A stretch of 64,000 bases of DNA from Candidatus Multivoradales bacterium. Lineage in GTDB: Bacteria > Acidobacteriota > Thermoanaerobaculia > Multivoradales > Multivoraceae. Location of the stretch: contig CBDCWI010000002.1 in assembly GCA_965223325.1 (NCBI GenBank), positions 3,328,001 through 3,392,000 of the forward strand. The letters run 5' to 3'. The translations under genes were made by a program, and so were the position numbers. This document shows, in pieces, positions 10,148 through 18,046 of the stretch (within the stretch, counting starts at the first letter, position 1; every line of letters begins with the position of its first letter). The notes below the pieces were generated by a model. That model was not told the origin of the DNA. It saw nothing but the letters and a program-made list of their open reading frames with translations, and ran no database searches.

Positions 10148-10720
10148 ATGGCGGTGCGAACCATTCTCCAGATCGGCAACCCCGAGCTCCGGGTGACCGC
10201 CACACCGGTCGACCCAGGCGCAATCGCCGGCCAGGAGATCCAGTCGCTCGTCGACGACCTGATCGACACCATGCGCGCCGCCAACGGCGCCGGACTCGCA
10301 GCCACCCAGATTGGCGAGCATGTGCGAATCGCCGTCATGGAAGTCACCGACAACCCGCGTTATCCCTACAAGCCCGCGCTGCCCTTGACGGTCGCCATCA
10401 ACCCGGTGATCGAGCCGAAAGACGACGAGCTGGTCGAGATCAACGAAGGCTGTCTGTCGATCCCGCTGCGCGGCAGCTTGATGCGCCACGTGAACATCAG
10501 GGTGCGTTACCTGGACCGTGAGGGCAACCAGCACGACGAGATCAAGCGTGGTCTCACTGCTGGAACGTGGCAACACGAGGTCGACCATCTCAACGGTGTT
10601 CTGTTCGTCGACCGCGTCGAAGACCCAACGACGCTGGCGACCTGGGAGGAATGGAACGCTCACCACCGGGAGGCGTTCATCGAGCGCATCACCCGCTTCG
10701 TCGAGCAAGTGGGATCTTAG
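10148..10720 (+). CDS. def: Peptide deformylase
   Basis: GAGLAATQIG, EGCLS and QHEVDHLNG motifs. Confidence 0.95.
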   Translation: MAVRTILQIGNPELRVTATPVDPGAIAGQEIQSLVDDLIDTMRAANGAGLAATQIGEHVRIAVMEVTDNPRYPYKPALPLTVAINPVIEPKDDELVEINEGCLSIPLRGSLMRHVNIRVRYLDREGNQHDEIKRGLTAGTWQHEVDHLNGVLFVDRVEDPTTLATWEEWNAHHREAFIERITRFVEQVGS

Positions 10721-10723
10721 ACG

Positions 10724-12067
10724 GTGACCTCCTCGTACTGGTGTGAACACGCTTTGATCGGCGCTCAGATCGAGGACGGAGTCCGTATCGAGATCCATCG
10801 CGGTCGGTTCAAAGAGATCGCCACCGGCACAAAACCAGGTGATGGTGCGCGGACCCTGCGGGGCATCACCGTGCCCGGCTTCGCCAACGTTCATAGTCAC
10901 GCGTTTCATCGCGCGTTGCGCTCGCGCACGCAGGCGAACCGCGGCACGTTCTGGACCTGGCGAGACGTCATGTACGAAGCTGCCGAGCGCCTCGATCCGG
11001 ACTCGTATCACCGGCTTGCGCGCGCGGCGTTCGCCGAGATGGCAATGAGCGGGTTCGCTGCCGTCGGCGAGTTTCACTACGTCCATCACCAACCCGATGG
11101 CACGCCCTACGACGATCCGAATGAGATGGGAAAGGCGCTCCTGGCGGCCGCCGACGAGGCCGGGGTCCGCATCACCCTGCTCGACACCCTTTACCTGCAC
11201 GGCGGTCTCTCGGCCGCTGGCTACCAACTCGCAACGGGCGCCCAGATCCGCTACCGCGATGCCTCGGTCGACACTTGGGTCGAGCGCCTGGAGGCGCTCC
11301 AGCCAGCACATGACCAACGAATTGGCGCCGCGATCCACAGCGTGCGCGCCGTCGACCCAGAGGCGATGGCTGTCGCTGCAACCTGGGCCTCGGCAAACCA
11401 GGCACCGCTGCATGCGCACGTGAGCGAACAGGTGGCCGAGAACGGGCAGTGTCAGGCATACCACGGCTGCACCCCCATCGGCCTGCTCGCTCGAGCCGGA
11501 GCACTCGGGCCTGGCTTCTGTGCCGTTCACGCCACCCACCTGACCGACGCCGACATCGAGCTGCTTGGTTCGAGCGGCTCATCTGTCTGCATGTGCCCGA
11601 CCACCGAAAGAGATCTGGGTGACGGTGTCGGCCCAACAACCGAACTCGCACGGGCCGGTGTGCCACTTTGTCTCGGAAGCGACTCACATGCCGTCGTCGA
11701 TCCCCTGATCGAGGCGAGAGCGCTGGAGCTCGATGAGCGCTTGCGCTCGATGCAGCGCGGCCTGCACAGCGCACAGCGCCTCATGTCGATGGCAACCGGG
11801 GTTGGCCACCAGCGGCTTGGTTTTGACGATGCGGGCGAGATCGCGGTCGGCAAACGCGCTGACCTCACGACCATCCGGCTCGACAGCGTGCGCACGACCG
11901 GCGCACCCCCTGAGCTGGCCATAGAGACTGCGATCTTCGCCGCCACCGCAAGCGACATCACGAGCGTGGTGGTCGATGGAACGCAAGTGACCGACGGCGG
12001 CTGTCACCTGCGGATAGACGTGGTCTCCGAGCTCAGCCGGTCGATTGCCGAGTGCCTGGGACGCTGA
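10724..12067 (+). CDS. hutF: Formimidoylglutamate deiminase (amidohydrolase)
   Basis: NVHSHAFHRALR, FWTWR, GEFHYVHH, HSVRAV, HAHVSEQ, CPTTERDLGDG, GSDSH. Confidence 0.92.
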   Translation: MTSSYWCEHALIGAQIEDGVRIEIHRGRFKEIATGTKPGDGARTLRGITVPGFANVHSHAFHRALRSRTQANRGTFWTWRDVMYEAAERLDPDSYHRLARAAFAEMAMSGFAAVGEFHYVHHQPDGTPYDDPNEMGKALLAAADEAGVRITLLDTLYLHGGLSAAGYQLATGAQIRYRDASVDTWVERLEALQPAHDQRIGAAIHSVRAVDPEAMAVAATWASANQAPLHAHVSEQVAENGQCQAYHGCTPIGLLARAGALGPGFCAVHATHLTDADIELLGSSGSSVCMCPTTERDLGDGVGPTTELARAGVPLCLGSDSHAVVDPLIEARALELDERLRSMQRGLHSAQRLMSMATGVGHQRLGFDDAGEIAVGKRADLTTIRLDSVRTTGAPPELAIETAIFAATASDITSVVVDGTQVTDGGCHLRIDVVSELSRSIAECLGR

Positions 12068-12100
12068 GAGAGTAAGTCGACCGCCGGTAGTGGACCTGAA

Positions 12101-12177
12101 TGGTGCGCCCGAGAGGATTCGAACCTCTGACCTACAGCTCCGGAGGCTGTCGCTCTATCCAGCTGAGCTACGGGCGC
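12101..12177 (-). tRNA. tRNA-Arg (CCG)
   Basis: GCGCCCGTAGCTCAGCTGGATAGAGC...CT-CCG-GA...GGTTCGAATCC...GGGCGCACCA cloverleaf; CCA encoded. Confidence 0.97.
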
Positions 12178-12230
12178 GTTGGACCGAAACTACCTTTCAG
12201 GTCGCCGAGGGGTCTGGGACCGTAGGTGAT

Positions 12231-12306
12231 TGGGGTGGGCGAGGGGACTCGAACCCCCAACCGCTGGAACCACAATCCAGAGCTCTACCATTGAGCTACG
12301 CCCACC
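12231..12306 (-). tRNA. tRNA-His (GTG)
   Basis: Cloverleaf with anticodon GTG, G-1, TTCGA loop and CCA end. Confidence 0.97.
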
Positions 12307-12427
12307 ATCGATCAAACTTTTCGGCGCCTGAAACTACCTTGGGTAGCCTCCAGAAGGCCAGTCCCCCGTCAGACAGAGTCGAGCGTTCGGCTCGCCCTCT
12401 GGAGGCATCAAATGGCTTGTTCTTGAG

Positions 12428-12504
12428 TGGCCTGCCTGGAGGGATTCGAACCCCCGACCCGCGGCTTAGAAGGCCGCCGCTCTATCCAACTGAGCTACAG
12501 GCAG
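12428..12504 (-). tRNA. tRNA-Arg (TCT)
   Basis: Cloverleaf with GCGGC-CT-TCT-AA-GCCGC anticodon arm and CCA end. Confidence 0.97.
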
Positions 12505-12573
12505 CCGAAGCCAGAGCGGACACTCCCTTCGAACCGTGGCACCCTGGGTGACGCCAGCGCCTGAAGGGAGTCT

Positions 12574-12650
<77 letters not shown>

Positions 12651-12663
12651 ACGGAACCGGCGG

Positions 12664-12693
12664 AGTGTAACCCGGCCAGCCAACGGTTTGCAA
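12664..12693 (-). promoter_or_regulatory. Sigma70-type promoter of the tRNA operon
   Basis: TTGCAA - 18 nt - TACACT followed by a GC-rich discriminator, just upstream of tRNA-Pro. Confidence 0.65.
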
Positions 12694-12750
12694 CGCACCC
12701 GAGCCCTGGTTGCGAGGGTTCTGGCACCCGTCTTGCTTTGTTCTGAAGCC

Positions 12751-13956
12751 ATGCCGTTCTCCCCTCCAGCCCGGGTCCTCCAGGTGCACAACCGCTACCG
12801 AGTGCGCGGCGGCGAGGAAACCGTCGTCGAAGCCATCCAAGACATGCTCGAGGCGCACCCGGCGGTCGAACTGGCGACGTACTACCGGGACAGCGGCGAG
12901 CTGCAGGGGCCCAGCGGCAAGTGGAGGGCAGCCACCGAGCCGCTCTTCGAGAGACCCGCCCGCGAACGCGCCAGGAAAGTTCTAGCGGCAGAGAAACCAG
13001 ATCTGGTTCACGTCCACAATGTCTACCCCCTCATCACACCCTGGTTTCTCAAGGAGTGTGGCGCTCAGTCGATCCCGGTGGTCATGACCACCCACAACTA
13101 TCGCAACGTCTGCCCCATCGGCACGCGCTTTCGCGACAACCGGATGTGCACCGACTGCGCCGGCGGGCGTGAGGTCCGCTGTGTCATCCATGACTGCCGC
13201 GGGAACCGGCTCGAGAGCATGGCGCTCGCCCTTCGCCATCGCAGTGCGCGCGTCCACGGTCTCTTCAATCGCTACGTCAACCTGTTTCTCGTCCTGACCG
13301 GTGAACAGCGAACCAGCCTCATCGAGACCGGAGTCCCAGCCGAGAACATCGCGGAGCTCCCCAACCCGCGAATCGCCGATCTCAATGCCCATGCGACACC
13401 GGCGAACGGCACCTACGGTCTGTTTGTCGGCCGCCCTGAACGCGGCAAGGGCTTTCACGTTCTGACTGAGGCCTGCCGCCTCGCTCCCGACGTCGAGGTT
13501 CGAGTCGCGGGAGCCGATCGCGCAGCGCTGGGAGAGTTCGAGCCGCTGCCCTCGAACCTCGAACCACTCGGCCACCTGAATCGGGACGAGCTCGCAGGGG
13601 CGTACAAGGCAGCCGCCTTCTTCACCTTGCCGCACGTATGGGGGGAGCCCAACTCGATGGTGGTGATCGAAGCGATGACCGCGGGTCTTCCGGTCCTCAC
13701 TTCGAATGTCGGCGGGCCGCCCACGATGGTCGACGCACCGCACACCGGGTACCTGCTCGAGCCCGGCGACCCGCAAGGCCTCGCAGAGGCGATGAGGGCG
13801 TTGATGGCAGACGCCCCACTGCGTCAGTCGATGGGCAGAGCGGCGCGCCAGTGGGCAGAGGAGCGATTCGATCCCGCCCGTTACCTGGAACGGCTGCTCG
13901 GCTTCTACGCACAAGTCCTGGGTTTAGAAGAAGGTTCCCCAGCACGAACTCTCTAG
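12751..13956 (+). CDS. Glycosyltransferase family 4 (GT-B)
   Basis: HNRY..RGGEE, PDLVHVHN, GRPERGKG and EPNSMVVIEAM (E-x7-E) motifs. Confidence 0.9.
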   Translation: MPFSPPARVLQVHNRYRVRGGEETVVEAIQDMLEAHPAVELATYYRDSGELQGPSGKWRAATEPLFERPARERARKVLAAEKPDLVHVHNVYPLITPWFLKECGAQSIPVVMTTHNYRNVCPIGTRFRDNRMCTDCAGGREVRCVIHDCRGNRLESMALALRHRSARVHGLFNRYVNLFLVLTGEQRTSLIETGVPAENIAELPNPRIADLNAHATPANGTYGLFVGRPERGKGFHVLTEACRLAPDVEVRVAGADRAALGEFEPLPSNLEPLGHLNRDELAGAYKAAAFFTLPHVWGEPNSMVVIEAMTAGLPVLTSNVGGPPTMVDAPHTGYLLEPGDPQGLAEAMRALMADAPLRQSMGRAARQWAEERFDPARYLERLLGFYAQVLGLEEGSPARTL

Positions 13957-14040
13957 AAGCGCCGACAGCCAGGAAAGCGCGGTGATAGGGTCTAAAACTC
14001 GGATCTCGGTAGAGTCGACCGTCCGACTCTGCCTTGGTCC

Positions 14041-14091
14041 TCAGTCTTATTCTCCCGTCAGACCTATACTGAAGTCAGTCCTATTCTCCAG
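14041..14091 (+). promoter_or_regulatory. Three 17-bp tandem repeats overlapping a TATACT -10 box; probable operator array
   Basis: TCAGTCTTATTCTCCCG / TCAGACCTATACTGAAG / TCAGTCCTATTCTCCAG at 14041, 14058 and 14075. Confidence 0.65.
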
Positions 14092-14106
14092 AAGAGGAGT
14101 CCTGTC

Positions 14107-15738
14107 TTGCGCTACTCGCGACACGCGCTTGCCAACGCGCCCGGTACAAAGAACCACTTCATTCGCCTGGTCCTCCTGGTGGCCCTCTGCCTCCTCGGCC
14201 TCGGCCTGGTGGTTGGGCCCGTTGCAGCCCAGAACGATTGCAAAGTCCGCCGATTCGGCGGCCCCAACAGATTCTCGCCAACTCCCATCACCACCGTGCC
14301 CGAGCTGCAGAAGCTGTTCAACGAACAGCGCGCCGATATCGAGCGCCTGCTCGCCCAGGTCGGCTGGGCTGGCGACGCAGATGACCTCTTCGCCGCCGTA
14401 GCGGCCGGGCATGCCACCGAAGGCATGTACGAGAGAGGAACCTTCTTCAACTGGATGGGGTTTCGCGAGAAAGGTCTACCGAGCGCCAAGACCAACACCT
14501 GCTGGGGTGGCGCGAAGCCTTTCGAAGCCTGGACTCTGAACGTCGAGTCGGAGGGCCGCCGCTGGTTCTTCGCCGTACCCAAGCTGTGCGGCAACATCAC
14601 GTTGCTCGGTTCGGAAGAACTTCCCAAGGCGAACCCACCGGTTTGCAAGCTCGAGGCGCGTTGTAACGCCGACGGCGCCTTCGTCGTTTCGTCGGCGGGT
14701 AGCCAGGGAGCCGGCGCAATCTCGGTGATCAGCCCGAGTGGCAAGACCAGCCGCTACTCGAGTGCTTTCGAGCCTGACGAAGAGGGGACCTATCGTTTCG
14801 TCGTTGAAGGCGAGCGCGATGGTCTGACGTGCAAGGAAGAAGTGTCGCGCTCTGCGTGTCCGCCGCCCAAGCTGGCTTGCCGCGTCGAGGTCGTGCCCGA
14901 GGTCAACGCTCGCGACGAGGTCACCATCCGAGTCGCTGGCGAGCCCTCCGGTCGTGTGCAGACAGTTTCCGTACAGGCAGTTCGCGACGATGACGACGCG
15001 CCGCTCCTGGCCGAGAACCTGTCGGCGCCCTTCTCCTGGACCGGCGCCTTCAAGAAGCCGGGCACCTATCGCATTACGGCGCTCGCCGAGGGCGACGGCC
15101 AACCGTCTGACGAATGTTCCGCCACCCTCGCGGTACTCGGTCAGGACTCACGCTGGATCTGGCGTCTCTTCCCGGCTTTCGCTCAGGGCGATGACGACGA
15201 GTTGCAGAACTTCAGCGAAACCGATCGGCGACGTCTGTCGCTCGATGCGGGTCGCGGCTTCGGCACTGGCATCGAGTACATGGCACTTCCGTGGTTGGGC
15301 CTCGAGGCCGCCGGCCTGCTGCTCAACCAGGACGCTCACTTCGTGTGGGATACGGCCACCGTCTGGGGCATGGACGACGACACGACGACCATGACCCTCC
15401 TGACGCTCGGCCCGAACTTCCACCTCACCCCCGACAGCAAGGTCGATTTCTACCTCGGCCCGTTCCTCGGTTACGCAATGCGCGACAACCTGTCGTTCCG
15501 CGACCAGGGTGAGACCTACAACTACGGGCTCGATGACGACTTCACCTTTGGTGCACAGCTCGGACTCGACTTCCCGGTCTGCGCGAGCGGAAACTGCTGG
15601 ACGGTTCACTCCGGCCTGCGCTATCTCGACCTCGACAACGACATCGAAGGGCCCACCAACGGCGTCCAGCCGCGGCGCGACTTCGATCTCGGTTTCGACA
15701 ACCTGATCTTCTCGATCGGGGCTGGATACCGCTTCTAA
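14107..15738 (+). CDS. Outer-membrane protein: Cys-rich N-terminal and Ig-like domains + C-terminal OmpW-like beta-barrel
   Basis: GAGGAG RBS + TTG start; signal peptide; amphipathic strands in the last ~200 aa ending in the BAM-type signal GAGYRF. Confidence 0.8.
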   Translation: MRYSRHALANAPGTKNHFIRLVLLVALCLLGLGLVVGPVAAQNDCKVRRFGGPNRFSPTPITTVPELQKLFNEQRADIERLLAQVGWAGDADDLFAAVAAGHATEGMYERGTFFNWMGFREKGLPSAKTNTCWGGAKPFEAWTLNVESEGRRWFFAVPKLCGNITLLGSEELPKANPPVCKLEARCNADGAFVVSSAGSQGAGAISVISPSGKTSRYSSAFEPDEEGTYRFVVEGERDGLTCKEEVSRSACPPPKLACRVEVVPEVNARDEVTIRVAGEPSGRVQTVSVQAVRDDDDAPLLAENLSAPFSWTGAFKKPGTYRITALAEGDGQPSDECSATLAVLGQDSRWIWRLFPAFAQGDDDELQNFSETDRRRLSLDAGRGFGTGIEYMALPWLGLEAAGLLLNQDAHFVWDTATVWGMDDDTTTMTLLTLGPNFHLTPDSKVDFYLGPFLGYAMRDNLSFRDQGETYNYGLDDDFTFGAQLGLDFPVCASGNCWTVHSGLRYLDLDNDIEGPTNGVQPRRDFDLGFDNLIFSIGAGYRF

Positions 15739-15777
15739 ACCGGTGCCGACCTGACGACCATCAGGTCGCCTGAGAAC

Positions 15778-15810
15778 AGGCCGGAGGGAGACCCCTCCGG
15801 CCTTTTCTTT
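15778..15810 (+). terminator. Rho-independent terminator
   Basis: AGGCCGGAGGG-AGAC-CCCTCCGGCCT followed by TTTCTTT. Confidence 0.9.
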
Positions 15811-16059
15811 ATGCTCAGAACGGAATCGCCAGACCCGGGCGCGGCTCCTTGCGGGCGCTTCGAGAGCTGGTACGTCGCTTGCTTGGGACTATCGGTTACG
15901 GCTCCTTACCTCGTTGCTCTAGACCGATTAGGCTACGGAACCTCGGATGACTGTTCTCAGGGGACCCGACCTGTGCGCATCCGGAACGTTCACCGCTCCC
16001 TTCCCGGGCTCCCCGGAGGCAGCAGACTGGCAACAAGGACCCTCCAGGCACCATCGACC

Positions 16060-17211
16060 ATGTATCTCGCCCACTTCGGCTTTCGCGAAAAGCCCTTCGA
16101 ACTCAGCCCTGATCCCCGCTACCTCTATCTCAGTGCGCAGCACGAAGAGGCACTGACCGCACTCAAGTACGGGATCTGGCAGAGGCGCGGCCTCATCCGC
16201 CTCACCGGAGCGGTTGGTACGGGCAAGTCGACCTTGATTCGCGCGCTGATGGAGAACCTCGACGTCTCGATTCAGACAGTCTGGATCCACCACACAACGC
16301 TCGAGCCGATCGAGTTCCTGCGCATGGTCGTTGACGACCTCGGGATCGAATCGGCCAGCAACGACCGAGTCGACCTGATTCATGCGGCACACGACTTCCT
16401 GGTCACCGAAGCCGCCGCTTCACGACCCGCTCCGGTGCTGCTGGTCGATGAAGCGCAAAACCTCTCAGATCAGGTCCTCGAGGAGATCCGGCTGCTGTCG
16501 AATGTCGAAACCGATCAGCGCAAGCTGCTTCAGGTCGTCCTCGCCGGACAGCCGGAGCTCGAACGCCGTCTCGACCAGGAGCACCTTCGAAACTTCGCTC
16601 AGCGCATCGCAGTTCGGGCCTGGCTGCAACCGATGGGTCCTGAAGATACGCACGAGTACATTCAGCACCGGCTCTCGCGCGCCGGCAGCACCGACCCCTA
16701 CCTCTTCAACGCCGAGGTCTGCCGACTGATCTGGGAAGCCTCGGGGGGAGTCCCCAGGCGCATCAACTTGGTCGCCGAACAGTGCCTGGTCTACACCTAC
16801 GCCGGCGGCGACCCGCGGGTTGAACTGGCGATCGCCAAGGAAGCGATTGCCGACCTCGAGGTTCGCTCGCCGGAGGCGGCTGTCGAAGTCGAAGCCAGCG
16901 AGAGCGAGCCCGTCCAGGCGAGGGTGACCCACAGTGCCTCGTTCGAGGTCCCCAGGGCCGACCCGCGAGTCGAGCGCAACAGCGTCGCAGTCTTGCTGCT
17001 CTGGGTGCTCGCTCTGGCGGCGAGCCTGGCGGGCGATTGGGGAGCTGCTAACGAGACCCTGGCGTGGATCGTGCGGGTCGTTCTGGCCATCGGCTGTCTC
17101 GTACTGCCGTTCTTCCTCGGCCTGGTCGGTCCGCGCCGGCGCAAGCCCCGCGCCTGGGAAGGTGGTTTGCCACTACAAACGATTCCGACAGAGCGGGAGG
17201 AGCCTTCATGA
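16060..17211 (+). CDS. ExeA/GspA-family AAA ATPase with two C-terminal TM helices
   Basis: MYLAHFGFREKPF..PDP start; Walker A GAVGTGKST; Walker B LLVDEAQ; GQPEL; SGGVPRRIN. Confidence 0.9.
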   Translation: MYLAHFGFREKPFELSPDPRYLYLSAQHEEALTALKYGIWQRRGLIRLTGAVGTGKSTLIRALMENLDVSIQTVWIHHTTLEPIEFLRMVVDDLGIESASNDRVDLIHAAHDFLVTEAAASRPAPVLLVDEAQNLSDQVLEEIRLLSNVETDQRKLLQVVLAGQPELERRLDQEHLRNFAQRIAVRAWLQPMGPEDTHEYIQHRLSRAGSTDPYLFNAEVCRLIWEASGGVPRRINLVAEQCLVYTYAGGDPRVELAIAKEAIADLEVRSPEAAVEVEASESEPVQARVTHSASFEVPRADPRVERNSVAVLLLWVLALAASLAGDWGAANETLAWIVRVVLAIGCLVLPFFLGLVGPRRRKPRAWEGGLPLQTIPTEREEPS

Positions 17212-17948
17212 GCCGCCTCTATGACGCCATGAAGCGAGCCTCGCAAGCTGATGACCGCCAACTCGTGGCGAGATCCGGGAAGGATGATGCCCCGACTGTT
17301 GCTCTGGTTCCGGCCGGCGGTGACCTCGTACCCGGCCGCCACCCCGAGGCCGCACGCCGGCTACTCGCTCTACCCAGGGCCGAGCGACCACGGGTGATCG
17401 TGGTCGTCGGGGTGCACGCCGGCTGCGGCGCCAGCACCGTCGCCAGAGACCTGGCAAGTGCCCTCGGCCGCGGCGGTGCAAGGCGGGTGCTGCTAGTCGA
17501 TGCCAATCTCTATCGGCCATCACAACACGAAATGGCTGGAGTCACCCGCGGCAACGGCCTGAGCGAGATTCTCGCCCGCCGTGAGAGCTACGAGGCCGCC
17601 GTGCGGCGCGCAGGCGAGAGCTTCTCGCTGCTCACCTCTGGACGCCCGGTCAGCGAGCCCAGCGCACTCATCGAGGGCGTCGGTATGAACGAGCTGGTTG
17701 AACGCCTGCGGGCGGACTATGACTATGTGATCTTCGACGCTCCCAGCGCCAGCGAGCATCCCGACTCCGCCATCCTCGCCGGCCATGCTGACGCCTCGAT
17801 GCTGGTGGTCGAAAGCGACACCACCCGCAAAGACGAGGCCCTGGCAGCTCGCCAGGTCCTCGAAGCCAGCGGAGTGCCGATCATGGGGGTGGTTCTCAAC
17901 CGCCGCAAGTCAATCCTTCCCAAGTGGCTCCTGCGCTGGCTCGGCTGA
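17208..17948 (+). CDS. CpsD/CapB-family BY-kinase-like protein with degenerate Walker A
   Basis: ATGA overlap with the ExeA gene; MSRLYDAM start; VLLVDANL, YDYVIFDAP and GVVLN motifs; Walker A reads GCGAST. Confidence 0.85.
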   Translation: MSRLYDAMKRASQADDRQLVARSGKDDAPTVALVPAGGDLVPGRHPEAARRLLALPRAERPRVIVVVGVHAGCGASTVARDLASALGRGGARRVLLVDANLYRPSQHEMAGVTRGNGLSEILARRESYEAAVRRAGESFSLLTSGRPVSEPSALIEGVGMNELVERLRADYDYVIFDAPSASEHPDSAILAGHADASMLVVESDTTRKDEALAARQVLEASGVPIMGVVLNRRKSILPKWLLRWLG

Positions 17949-18046
17949 GAGGTCGGGAACTCTCTACCGAGCGCTAGCTCTTAGAACAGCCCGACAGGGC
18001 TTTGACCGCAGCGCCAGCGCGCTTTCCTCTTCAACCGGGAGTAGAC

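Noticed and set aside
9989-11539. 516-aa minus-strand ORF
   Set aside because: Antisense shadow of def-hutF, which have clear motifs; such shadows are common in high-GC DNA.
12068-12110. Integrative element att site at tRNA-Arg(CCG) or tRNA-Arg(ACG)
   Set aside because: No duplicated tRNA 3' end and no integrase found in the window.
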